A stretch of DNA of 64,000 bases from Pontiella sp. (GCA_050290185.1 JBNKHE010000006.1:160001-224000), one strand, 5' to 3'; counted from the first letter of the stretch, positions 20,080 to 29,700 are shown. Notes: generated from the letters alone by a model not told the origin. Made by a program: numbers and translations.

Positions 20080-22815
20080 CTACGGCGAAGGTGTGCTGAA
20101 CACCCGGTAGAACGACTGGGAATTTTGCAGGCCATCGGGATCGGGAAATGCGATCAGGCTGTTCATGCCGCCCACCGTCGGACCAACACTGCTCCATCCG
20201 TTGGTGTCGCTCAGATCCATTGACGCCTGCATCTGGTAGTTGGTTCCCGTCTGTCCAAATGCACTGATAACGGTATCACCGCCAAGGAAGGTCATGGCGA
20301 TGCTGGAGATATACGCCGGTTCGGGAACATCCACTGCAAACTCATAGACGTGCAGCGGCGTGGGAATGCCATTCCCGGAAACATAGGTGTCATGCTCCTG
20401 AATGTAGACGGCGAGGATGTTGTCGGACAGCAGGCGCGGCTGGTCCAGCAACGGCTCCCCGTCGAAATCATGGTCGTCAATGACCTGCAACACTTCCCAG
20501 TCGGTATATTGGGACGCCTTTGAGGCGCTGGCAATCACCAGCGTTCCGGTAAAGGTGTTGTTAAGTCGAGCTCCGGGTATATCAAACTTGCCTACCGGCC
20601 AGTAAAGGAATGCCGCATAAACGTTGCCTTGGGCGTCATAGCCCATGCAGGGGCGGGACCCGACTTCATAGTCGCCATCCGGCGGTGGAATGCGCCGCTG
20701 CGTCCATTTACCGATGTCCGGATCCCGGAAGTAGTGGTAGTAGGCCGTGAATTTGTTGGAAAACTTTGCCGAGAAGAGCGCGGGGCCGTAGCCAGATTCC
20801 TGCCGGCGATGCAGCATAAGGGCATGCACCCGTCCATCGTTGTCCACGCACTGCGCCTGCTGGTTGATCAGCAGCTGCCGCATATTGAGAGGCACGACAG
20901 TGATGCCCGGCGAGTTCATCGTAATCTTCTGGCCAATACTCGTGTCGGCGATCTTCGTACCCGCATTGTTGTACCAGTTCGTCCCCAGATCCGGGCTGTA
21001 GGCGTAGCAGATATCACGATTCCCGTATTGGCTGGCCGATTCGCGCCAGGTCCATGTGACGTGGATCGTTCCATTGGAATCAAAGTCGAACCCGTTTAGA
21101 TACGCGCAGCGTTCATAAGCGGTGACCGTGTTGCCGTATGCATCGGTCCCCACGTAGGTGCCCGCCCGGTCGATGAACTCGACCTGCGGAAGCCAGTTCG
21201 TGGTCGCGGGATTGTACACATTGAGGTACTGGTCGCCGTTGCCGGATGTTACGTAGCGGCGATCCATGACCAGTCCGCCTGAAGGGGTCGTAATAAACTG
21301 CGGATAGGTCACATCACCTAATTGCGTGGAATCAACCCCCGGTGCCGTCAGCCAGTTTTGTTCGGCGTTCAGCATCCCGGGTTGTCCCCATGCATCCTTT
21401 TTGGTGGTGCACAGGCCGGCAACCGAGCGACGATAACGCAGCGCATTGTCGTGATGATCCCATGCCACGTGCAGCGTTCCATCCTGCGGGCAGATGCCGA
21501 AGGCAATCACATTATGGGCATCCCATGCGTTTTCATCGCCATTAATGAATTCGGAGTCGGTCTGAATAATCTCCCAATCGCCCACGGCGGTTTCATTGAC
21601 GGTTCTTCGTGCCAGGCAGACCTTCTGGACGGAACCGACGGTGTCATAGTAGGCCGTGTACTGGTAGCCATCGAAGGTGTAGAGAATCGAATCCTGGAAG
21701 GATACACCGTTAATAGCGTGGCCGTAGTTCCCCCCGCCCATCAGGCAGGCATTATTGGTGACGACCGAATCGCGCATGTAGGCCACACTGGGGGAAACCC
21801 ACGATGGGTGCTCCGAAGTGAGCAACGGATCAGTACCGCCTATGCGTTCGGCCTGGTTGTTATACCCGTCAAAATCCGGGTCATCATAGGAAGTATAGGT
21901 CAGGTTGGTGAAGTTTCCGAACTCCCAAAGATCCGGCAGGTAGTCGCCATCGGAATCCAAGCTACTGTCGTTCTGAACCGTCGGATCGAGTCCCAGCTCA
22001 TATTCCTGTTGGTTGGTGTAGCCGTCGTCGTCGTAGTCGTCGCCGGGCAGGACATCGTAGATATCCACGATCGCATCGCCGGGATTGTCGTCAGTGATCT
22101 GCTGTTCCCAGTCGTCGGGCAGACCATCGCCATCATCGTCGATGACCGTTGCATTCTGCAGGGTCAGGTTGTCCGCACTGCCGAGGATCCCGGTTGCGCG
22201 CACGTCGGCGTAGAATCCTACCACGTCGCCATCGTTCGGGGTCGAAGGCGTACGGGTGACGATTACCGTGCGATTCGTTCCATCGTAATACCCCGCTTCA
22301 TAGGTGTTTGCCGCCACTCGTTTAATAAACAGCTTGTCGTAGGCAGGGGCGCCTCCTCCGGCAAGGGCATATTCGGCCGTTCCGTCAAGACCCCGGGAAT
22401 ACAATTGCCCATTCCCACGGGCATAAACGGCAATATAGTCCTCCCGCACATCGGTTGCGGGCGTGGTTCCCCCCACGTAGAGCCCCAGATCCTGGCTTCC
22501 GGACACACTGAAATCCGCCTGTATTTCGTCATCCACCGCCAGGCTGAGACCGTCGCGAATGAAGGCATACTGTTCCGCGCCACTGACCGCCGTGCTTGTA
22601 TTGAGTACCAGCGCACCGCCGGAAATCTGCCAGGATGCGGTGTTATGCGATCCCCCATCGGTGTCCAGAATCCGCGTATGCGTATACGCGCTCAAATCTC
22701 CGCTGAAGCCATCGAGAAGCACGGTGGCCGCGAAAACGCTTCGAACCGACGCTATCGCGAAAACGAATGCGGCCGTGGCCCAGGGTGATTTGGTCATGGA
22801 TCTACTTCTTTTCAT
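20080..22815 (-). CDS. Secreted BNR_4-type beta-propeller protein (PL42/former GH145-like) with N-terminal novel domain, acidic Ca-binding repeats and C-terminal sorting-like domain
   Basis: Signal peptide; DDDGDGLPDDWE-type repeats; INGVSFQ..YQYTAYY, DAHNVIAFG..DGTLHVAWDHH, VTYPQF, TWTWRE and YAYSPDLG; tail YQMQASMDL..W...FYRV. Confidence 0.72.
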   Translation of the reverse strand: MKRSRSMTKSPWATAAFVFAIASVRSVFAATVLLDGFSGDLSAYTHTRILDTDGGSHNTASWQISGGALVLNTSTAVSGAEQYAFIRDGLSLAVDDEIQADFSVSGSQDLGLYVGGTTPATDVREDYIAVYARGNGQLYSRGLDGTAEYALAGGGAPAYDKLFIKRVAANTYEAGYYDGTNRTVIVTRTPSTPNDGDVVGFYADVRATGILGSADNLTLQNATVIDDDGDGLPDDWEQQITDDNPGDAIVDIYDVLPGDDYDDDGYTNQQEYELGLDPTVQNDSSLDSDGDYLPDLWEFGNFTNLTYTSYDDPDFDGYNNQAERIGGTDPLLTSEHPSWVSPSVAYMRDSVVTNNACLMGGGNYGHAINGVSFQDSILYTFDGYQYTAYYDTVGSVQKVCLARRTVNETAVGDWEIIQTDSEFINGDENAWDAHNVIAFGICPQDGTLHVAWDHHDNALRYRRSVAGLCTTKKDAWGQPGMLNAEQNWLTAPGVDSTQLGDVTYPQFITTPSGGLVMDRRYVTSGNGDQYLNVYNPATTNWLPQVEFIDRAGTYVGTDAYGNTVTAYERCAYLNGFDFDSNGTIHVTWTWRESASQYGNRDICYAYSPDLGTNWYNNAGTKIADTSIGQKITMNSPGITVVPLNMRQLLINQQAQCVDNDGRVHALMLHRRQESGYGPALFSAKFSNKFTAYYHYFRDPDIGKWTQRRIPPPDGDYEVGSRPCMGYDAQGNVYAAFLYWPVGKFDIPGARLNNTFTGTLVIASASKASQYTDWEVLQVIDDHDFDGEPLLDQPRLLSDNILAVYIQEHDTYVSGNGIPTPLHVYEFAVDVPEPAYISSIAMTFLGGDTVISAFGQTGTNYQMQASMDLSDTNGWSSVGPTVGGMNSLIAFPDPDGLQNSQSFYRVFSTPSP

Positions 22816-22873
22816 GTAATCTGTTCTCCGTATGGATATTAACGGCTTATCTATTATAACGTTTCAAACAATT

Positions 22874-22950
22874 CCGTAGCCACCGATGAACACCGGTTTG
22901 CACGGATGACTTTTTTATCGGTGTTCCACCGTATTGATCCGTGGCTGCGG
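22874..22950. repeat. Degenerate inverted repeat built from CACGGAT-like units
   Basis: Arms 22874-22907 and 22917-22950 match at 23 of 34 positions (counted by hand). Confidence 0.45.
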
Positions 22951-23026
22951 TTTTAATTCATTGGCTCTAGACCGCAGCACAGGCGTTGCAGATCAAACAC
23001 ATTTGCACCCAACCCGGCCATCGATA

Positions 23027-23072
23027 AATAAGAGGCGGCCTTGAACGGCACCACCGGTGCCATCAAGGCCGC
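23027..23072 (-). terminator. Probable intrinsic terminator after the LamG-repeat gene
   Basis: GCGGCCTTGA..GGCACC/GGTGCC..TCAAGGCCGC hairpin, followed on the minus strand by CTCTTATTT. Confidence 0.55.
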
Positions 23073-23122
23073 GTGGGCCCATCTTGATACGCCCCCGTCC
23101 GGGAGTGCATGCAACCCTGCTT

Positions 23123-25675
23123 CTATTCTCCCTGGATCTTGAAGAATTCTGCGGCATCGCCGCTGACGGCCACGGAATCTGAAGTGGTACCGTCGCCGGC
23201 GGAATCAATGCCCGTTTTCACCGGTAGCCAGGTGGCTCCCGTAAGCGTCGACTTGTGCAAAATGCTGTAGGTTACCCCCGATTGCGATGCCCACGTCAGG
23301 GTGGCGTTGCCCCCGGATACCACGATCGAGGTAATGTTGTACGGATCAATCACGATCGTGTCGCTGAACACGAACTCGTTGGCCGCGCGTGCCACCCTGC
23401 TGATGCGCACTTCGTCGATGGCCCCAACGAATTCCTCGGAGTCGTATCCGTTGCCGGGATAGTTGCGCAGTTCGTTGCCGACACCGAATTCCCCCAGCGC
23501 CGCAGGGTTTACCAGATCAACGGTCTGGGTGAAATTGGTCAGCACGTTGGCCTCCGTGGCCCCGCTATCGAGCCGGGTCCAGTAGAAGGTTACATTGTTG
23601 CTCGCCGACTCATTGCCGTTGTACGCTATAGCGACATGGTACCATTCATCGGCCATGATCGCATGCGGACCGCTCAGCGGCAGCGACGCGTCCATGGTTG
23701 TCGCAGCGGTACCAACAGGATCGAAGCGCAGCGTGCTTCCATCGGATTCGATCCGGAACTGGAACGGCCGGCCTTCCACACCGCCGTTTCCTTCCGCCGT
23801 GATGATGTGCATGGCATGTGATGCCGCGCCAGGAATCCAGGCGGGCTGGATAACCGCTTCAAAGGTAAAGGCTCCCGAGGCGGCATCCACGAAGTTGCTC
23901 ATCGCGATGGCCGTATCGAACTCCGCGGCCAGCCGGTTGCCCGGATGGATGGCGTCGTCAAATCCAACCGCCGCTCCAAAGCCGGTGAAGGCATTCATAC
24001 CGAAGACCGGATTATCGTATCCCGTCAGGTTGATCGGGCTGGTCGGCACGTCGTCGTAGGCAACACTCTTCCATACTGCAGGCACCGGGTCGTGCGTGTC
24101 GTCGAAGTGGAACAGCAGCAAGGTATCGACGGTTACCGCATACGGCGATCCGGTCAGGTGGAATCCACTTGGGGCGATGGCGGAGTCGCTGACCCGGACT
24201 TCGTCGATCAGCCCCACAAAGTTTTCGGACGAGATTCCACGGCTCTCGTTGCCGATGCTGTATTCGCCGGTCAGATCAGCGGCAACATTGGCGATGTCGT
24301 TGGTCATGTGGAACGATCCAATCAGGTTGGCGGCCGTATTGGTTCCGTTGAGCTTGGTCCAGTACACGTTCAGATTGTTGTCGGTATCTTCCGAACCGTT
24401 GTAGCTTACGGCAACGTGATACCAGTTGCTTTGCGCCGCCGCATGGTCGCCGGCCATCGGCAATGGAGCCGTAAAGGATTCCGTGAACTTTTCGGGCGAG
24501 ATGACCGTTCCCGTCTGCGCAAATTTGGCGATGTTGGTCACGGTTCCCAAAACACCGGTGCTGCGGACATCGGCATACACACCCACCACATCGCCGGCGT
24601 TCGGGGTGGTTGGGGAGCGCGTTGCAACGACGTGAATTTGGCCGACATCGTCGAACCAACCGGTTTCATAGGTATTGGTCGCCGTGCGTGCTATGTAGAC
24701 GCCTTGGATCGGGCCGCCGGCCACTCCCCCTCCGGAAAGGGCGTATTCGCCCGTCCCATCAAACCCCCTGGAATAGACCGTGCTTTGATCGCGGGCATAG
24801 ACAGCAACATAATCCTGCCGGGTGCCGGCCACCGGCGTGGTGCCGCCGACATAGAGCCCGATATCCTGGGAGGCGCCCGTGTGGTCGATATAGGCGCGGA
24901 TTTGTTCGCCCACGGCCAGGCTGACTCCGGACTTGACCATGACATACTGCTCGATGCCGTCATACGCCGAGGTGTCCAGCTGAAGCCCGCCGCCCTGGAT
25001 CTGCCATATCGCCGTATTGGCTGAGCCGCCGTTGGCGTCGAGTATAACCGTACTGGTCCAAGTGGACAGGTCGCCGGTAAAGTCGTCGACAACCTCCGAT
25101 ATGGACCAGACGTTGGAGCCCACCGCCGGGGTGTAGGAACCGATATTGGAAAATTCAACCGACCATTGCCCGTTGGAGGCCGGCGGCTTCAGCCGGAACT
25201 GGAAAAAGCGATTGGTGGATGCGCCGTCTTCGGAATCGAAGGTCATTATTTCCATGGGCGCGGAGCGGCCGGCAAGGCTGGTCGACGGATCAAAGATCGG
25301 GTAGACCAGCGCCTCATAGGTGAAGGCCCCCGATGCCCCGGTCAACTGGTTGTCGAGCGAGTAGGAGCCGCTGTCGTTATAGGCAATGGCATCCAGCCCG
25401 GCCTGCGTATTCAAAGCCCCGCCCAGCGACACATTATATGCCGGAGCCATCAACGATGCGCCATTGGTTACGTTCAGGTTGAGCGCGCCGACACTAACGC
25501 TTTCCGTCGCCTCAATCACCGGCAGCACGCCGGGAGCTGCTTCATCCAAATGCCACAGGTGCAAGGTGTCCGCATCCGGGGCATAGGGGCTGACCGCCAT
25601 TACCGCAGGTGCCGTGCATACAAAGGCTGCCAGACCCATTGCACACAAGCGATTGAAACCGTGGTTCGTGATCAT
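23123..25675 (-). CDS. Secreted protein with two LamG-like jelly-roll repeats, an inserted novel domain and a C-terminal sorting-like domain
   Basis: Start MITNH behind GAGGAGG; two repeats DTL.L.H.D..GAFT.EA...WYHVA..YNG...F.G.IDEVR.S; tail LTWAS..G.TY....L....W...FFKI. Confidence 0.78.
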   Translation of the reverse strand: MITNHGFNRLCAMGLAAFVCTAPAVMAVSPYAPDADTLHLWHLDEAAPGVLPVIEATESVSVGALNLNVTNGASLMAPAYNVSLGGALNTQAGLDAIAYNDSGSYSLDNQLTGASGAFTYEALVYPIFDPSTSLAGRSAPMEIMTFDSEDGASTNRFFQFRLKPPASNGQWSVEFSNIGSYTPAVGSNVWSISEVVDDFTGDLSTWTSTVILDANGGSANTAIWQIQGGGLQLDTSAYDGIEQYVMVKSGVSLAVGEQIRAYIDHTGASQDIGLYVGGTTPVAGTRQDYVAVYARDQSTVYSRGFDGTGEYALSGGGVAGGPIQGVYIARTATNTYETGWFDDVGQIHVVATRSPTTPNAGDVVGVYADVRSTGVLGTVTNIAKFAQTGTVISPEKFTESFTAPLPMAGDHAAAQSNWYHVAVSYNGSEDTDNNLNVYWTKLNGTNTAANLIGSFHMTNDIANVAADLTGEYSIGNESRGISSENFVGLIDEVRVSDSAIAPSGFHLTGSPYAVTVDTLLLFHFDDTHDPVPAVWKSVAYDDVPTSPINLTGYDNPVFGMNAFTGFGAAVGFDDAIHPGNRLAAEFDTAIAMSNFVDAASGAFTFEAVIQPAWIPGAASHAMHIITAEGNGGVEGRPFQFRIESDGSTLRFDPVGTAATTMDASLPLSGPHAIMADEWYHVAIAYNGNESASNNVTFYWTRLDSGATEANVLTNFTQTVDLVNPAALGEFGVGNELRNYPGNGYDSEEFVGAIDEVRISRVARAANEFVFSDTIVIDPYNITSIVVSGGNATLTWASQSGVTYSILHKSTLTGATWLPVKTGIDSAGDGTTSDSVAVSGDAAEFFKIQGE

Positions 25676-25699
25676 TGATTCCCTCCTCTTTATCAAAAT

Positions 25700-25727
25700 G
25701 ACAGGACCGCGCGTGCGCGGTCCTGTC
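25700..25727 (-). terminator. Intergenic hairpin (terminator/attenuator) between PEP-CTERM and LamG genes
   Basis: Perfect inverted repeat GACAGGACCGCGC-GT-GCGCGGTCCTGTC, followed on the minus strand by ATTTT. Confidence 0.55.
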
Positions 25728-25743
25728 GCCCATACCATACAAC

Positions 25744-26448
25744 CTATCTTTTGAACATACGGCGGCTCGCGAACAGGCCGGCGCCGAAGATGCCGATCAG
25801 ACCGATCGTGGCCGGTTCCGGGATGACCTGAAGATTGTCGAGGTTGCCGAGCGTACCCGCTCCGCGAACATCGGTGTAGAACCCGACAACCGTACCGTCA
25901 TTCGCTGTGCCAGGTGTACGGGTCGAGATAACGTTACGGGTTGCGCCATTGTAGTATCCGGTTTCATAGGTGTTCGCTGCCGTACGGGCAATAAACAGCT
26001 GCGTGTAAGGCTGAACACCGGCACCATCAAGGCCATATTCACTCGTGCCATCGAACCCACGGGAATACAAAGCGCCATCTCCACGGGCATATACTGCCAC
26101 GTAATCCTGACGCGTGCCGGCAACCGGAGTGGTTCCTCCAACATACAATCCGATGTCCTGGGAGGCGCCAGAATGCGTAAGATCAACCTGAACCTCTTCG
26201 CCCACAGCCAGACTCAGTCCGCTGCGAACGATGGCCATCTGCTCAATGCCGTCATAGACGCTGGTGTTCACTTCCATCGTTCCGCTGGGCGATTGTACCG
26301 CGAAGGTATTTCCTGCCCCGCCGTTGGCGTCGAGTATAACCGTTGCCGTGTATTCACTTACATCCGTATCATTAAAGTCGTCGATCAGGACGGCTTGAGA
26401 AGCGGCTGCAAGGCCCAATACTACGGCACCCGTTAGTAGTTTCTTCAT
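25744..26448 (-). CDS. PEP-CTERM sorting-domain protein made of a single novel ~190-aa domain
   Basis: Signal peptide MKKLLTGAVVLGLAAASQA; C-terminal IPEPATIGLIGIFGAGLFASRRMFKR; GGAG RBS. Confidence 0.92.
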   Translation of the reverse strand: MKKLLTGAVVLGLAAASQAVLIDDFNDTDVSEYTATVILDANGGAGNTFAVQSPSGTMEVNTSVYDGIEQMAIVRSGLSLAVGEEVQVDLTHSGASQDIGLYVGGTTPVAGTRQDYVAVYARGDGALYSRGFDGTSEYGLDGAGVQPYTQLFIARTAANTYETGYYNGATRNVISTRTPGTANDGTVVGFYTDVRGAGTLGNLDNLQVIPEPATIGLIGIFGAGLFASRRMFKR

Positions 26449-26756
26449 TTTTATTCTCCTAATTTTCTGTTCATCTGTATGCCTTACTTAGGACATAGCT
26501 CCATTAATACATGCGAAAAACGGCCCTCCGCTGAGTCCACGTTTTTTTGAGAAATGTGTACAATCCTGTTATCTGACAACAGGAACAGGGGGGGATTTCT
26601 TGCATGACTACCGGTGTTTAAGAGCTGTTTTAACCGGATGCGCCCGCTTTGTAGGCGCAACGGCAGGCCATAATCAGAAGGATTCGGATTTCAGCAATAG
26701 CCCTCCCCAAGAGGGCGTGACGGTCATGCCGGGGCAACGCGCAGATCATCTGGTTT

Positions 26757-29018
26757 TCAGGGCGTTTTTTCGATCATCGCTTCGGCTTCATGTAAATGAA
26801 TGCGAACGCAGGCCTGATCGAACCAGAAACCCTGCCATACTTTCGATTTTGAAGGTTCGGCGGAAAACAACGCCTGGATACCGGCCCGGGTCCTTTCAAG
26901 CAGGACTTGCGCCTCTACTTCCCGCCGCAACCGGAAGAACGCGCAGGATTGGATCAGCCGCACGCTGTAGTTGCGGGTGGGCAACCCGCTATTATGGCGA
27001 TTGGCCTGTTCACACCAATACAGGGTTTGCTCGAAGTCCCCGCGACGATAGTTGAACAGCGCCATGGCATAGGCCTGCCAACCCCGAAGCGGATCATTCT
27101 CCTTTGTTCTGCCCTCGCGGATGGATCGTTCGGTCACTCGGGCATATTGATCCAGGGCAAGCATCAGCTCATCGTCGGCGGGAGCCAGCAGACTATTCTG
27201 CAGTATCCGCTGGGCAACCCTCGGGTTGTCCGAGCCGGCATAGCGCGTGATCATGATTTCCTGGAAACGTCTGTACTCTGCCAGATAGCCCTGCTCCACG
27301 AGCAACGCCGCCAGCCGGACGTCGTCCCTCGTGCTCTCGGGCCCCTCGAATTCATTGATCCGGGTCAGTACATCGAAGCGGGCCTTGGCTTTTTCCCAAC
27401 GACCGTTCAACGCATGCCAATCTCCGACATTCCGATACATCAAGGAGTTTTCCAGGGTTGCCTGCGGATGCTGGATCCCGTCCAGGATCACATCAGCCTG
27501 CTCCTTTTCTCCTTTCTGAACCAGCGCCGAGGCCTGGGCCAGTTTATGCTGGTCCTCGACACTGCTCCGCAGGACCTCCGCCTCCTCCTGCAGCACGCCC
27601 TTCTGTTGTTCAGCAATCCGCGCCTTGATCAGGAGCCAGGTAGAGACGGTGGAACTCATCAAAAGGACGGCCAGCGTCACACCTCCAGCAGCAAAAACAA
27701 CCTTGTTGCGGCGAACCAGTTTCCGCAGACGGTAACAACGGCTCGGCGGGCGGGCGATGACCGGTTCATGGTTGAGGTAGCGCTGGATATCGGCGGCCAA
27801 TCCATCCGCCGATCCATAGCGTCGATCCCGATCCTTTTCGAGCGCTTTCATAATGATCCAGTCCAGATCCCCTTCCAGCAAGGCCCGCAGTCTGGACGGA
27901 TGGAGACCGCGGCTTTTCGATATCTTCGCCTGATCTTCCGCAGGCAACCGGGCAAGCCTTGCTGACGGACGGGATGGTTCACATTCTCGAATCGTTCGGC
28001 GCATCGCCTCCAATCCGGACCGGATCAGTTTTTTCTGGTCGAAGGGAGTTTTGCTGGTGAGCAGTTCATAGAGCAGAACGCCAAGACTGTAGATGTCGCT
28101 CCGCACATCGATATCCTGCTCAGCCAAATCTGCCTGCTCGGGACTCATGTAGGCGGGCGTCCCGATGATCTGTTCGCAGGCGGTATATGCCGTATGATCA
28201 CCGAGCAACTCCCCCCCGGTCGCCTTGGCAATGCCGAAATCGATCACCATCGGATCCGGCACTCCATCCCGCTCTGTTATGATAATGTTCGAAGGCTTGA
28301 TATCCCGATGGATAATACCTTTTTGATGGGCGTGCTGAATGGCGTGACAGATTTGGATAAACAGATGCAAGCGCCGGGAAATATCGAGATCGTGCTCGTT
28401 GCAATACGTCGTGACCTCGGTGCCGTGCACCAGCTCCATGACAAAGAAGGGGCGGCCGTCATCCGTTTCACCTGCATTGAGTACGTGGGCAATATTCGGA
28501 TGCTCCATCATCGCAAGGGTCTGCCGCTCAGCCTCGAACCGGGCAATCACGCTTTTGGTATCCATCCCGCGCTTGATGATCTTCAGGGCGACCTGCCGAC
28601 GAACCGGCTTAACCTGTTCCGCCAGATAAACGCTGCCCCCGCCACCTTCACCGATTCGTTTTAGAAGCGTGTAATGTCCGATCTGTTTACCGACCTCTCC
28701 ATCATCCGGAAGCGGCGAGACTTCGGGCCCATTCATTCCGGTGTCTTCGATCACGGTCTGGGTAAGTTCCACGACGGAAACAGACGTCGGGCTGATCGTC
28801 TGGAACATCTCCACGGCCTCGTCCTGGGAGGCCAGCATCTTCTGCACGGCCGTATGAAGCCCGGGATCCCCGGCACAAGCCTCCTCAATAAAAGCCATCC
28901 GCTCTTCTTCCGATTTTATTTCGAGCGCGGCGCAGAATATATCCTCCGCACGTTCCGAGGGGAAATTCGCCATCAAATCGTCATGATTCAGCATATCGCA
29001 ATAACCTGCTCCTTGCAC
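26757..29018 (-). CDS. Membrane Hanks-type Ser/Thr protein kinase (ECF-associated)
   Basis: IGEGGGG.VY, VALKIIK, HRDIKPSN, DFGIAK, GTPAYMSPEQ and DIYSLGV; TM segment and helical TPR-like C-terminus. Start may be ATG 28994. Confidence 0.93.
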   Translation of the reverse strand: MQGAGYCDMLNHDDLMANFPSERAEDIFCAALEIKSEEERMAFIEEACAGDPGLHTAVQKMLASQDEAVEMFQTISPTSVSVVELTQTVIEDTGMNGPEVSPLPDDGEVGKQIGHYTLLKRIGEGGGGSVYLAEQVKPVRRQVALKIIKRGMDTKSVIARFEAERQTLAMMEHPNIAHVLNAGETDDGRPFFVMELVHGTEVTTYCNEHDLDISRRLHLFIQICHAIQHAHQKGIIHRDIKPSNIIITERDGVPDPMVIDFGIAKATGGELLGDHTAYTACEQIIGTPAYMSPEQADLAEQDIDVRSDIYSLGVLLYELLTSKTPFDQKKLIRSGLEAMRRTIRECEPSRPSARLARLPAEDQAKISKSRGLHPSRLRALLEGDLDWIIMKALEKDRDRRYGSADGLAADIQRYLNHEPVIARPPSRCYRLRKLVRRNKVVFAAGGVTLAVLLMSSTVSTWLLIKARIAEQQKGVLQEEAEVLRSSVEDQHKLAQASALVQKGEKEQADVILDGIQHPQATLENSLMYRNVGDWHALNGRWEKAKARFDVLTRINEFEGPESTRDDVRLAALLVEQGYLAEYRRFQEIMITRYAGSDNPRVAQRILQNSLLAPADDELMLALDQYARVTERSIREGRTKENDPLRGWQAYAMALFNYRRGDFEQTLYWCEQANRHNSGLPTRNYSVRLIQSCAFFRLRREVEAQVLLERTRAGIQALFSAEPSKSKVWQGFWFDQACVRIHLHEAEAMIEKTP

Positions 29019-29030
29019 AAGCGTGCAAGA

Positions 29031-29588
29031 TTATGTGTGGGAGTTAATGACCTCGAGCAGCCAGGTTCTGGCACACGTCCAATGGCGAACCACAGAGCTT
29101 TTACCAATGCTCAGGGTTTCGGCCACTTCCTCGTTGGTCATTCCCCCAAAGAATTTCAGCACGACCACCTGTGCACGCTGGGGATTCACCTTTTCAAGCA
29201 GCTCCAACGCCTCGTCCACCAGGAGGATGCGCTCCTCCCTGACAGATTCCGCCAACTCAATTTCATCGACGTCCAGTCTTTGCTGATCCCCCCCGCGCTT
29301 CAGACTTGATTTCCGACGGGCATGGTCGACCAGAATGCGCCGCATCGCCGTAGACGCCGCGGCATAGAAACTGGCGCGGTTTTGCCAGGTACGGTCACTC
29401 TCTCCCACCATGCGGAGCCAGGCTTCATGCACAAGCGCCGTCGCCTGCAGGGTATGGTCGCCGAATTCCCGGGACATGTGTATCCGGGCCAGCTTACGCA
29501 ATTCCTCATAGACCAAGGGTAAAAGCGCCTTCGACTGATCGGAGTCGCCATGAGCAGCAGATTTCAGCATTAACGTAAAATCATTCAT
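29031..29588 (-). CDS. ECF sigma factor of the PVC type (TIGR02999-like)
   Basis: LLPLVYEELRKLA, HTLQATALVHEAWLR, AMRRILVDHARRK...KRGG and VVLKFFGG.T.EE.A. Start placed at MNDFT. Confidence 0.92.
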   Translation of the reverse strand: MNDFTLMLKSAAHGDSDQSKALLPLVYEELRKLARIHMSREFGDHTLQATALVHEAWLRMVGESDRTWQNRASFYAAASTAMRRILVDHARRKSSLKRGGDQQRLDVDEIELAESVREERILLVDEALELLEKVNPQRAQVVVLKFFGGMTNEEVAETLSIGKSSVVRHWTCARTWLLEVINSHT

Positions 29589-29700
29589 GATTTCAAATAC
29601 GTCAAATAGCACAGAGCGCCACATTAACCAATAACTACCTTGTCGCATCCATTTCCACTCTTCAGCGGAGCCGGGAGTCAGCGGAAAAATGCCATTGGCG

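Noticed and set aside
26560..26756. Several short hairpins between the kinase and PEP-CTERM genes
   Set aside because: Short stems, no tRNA or known ncRNA hallmarks.
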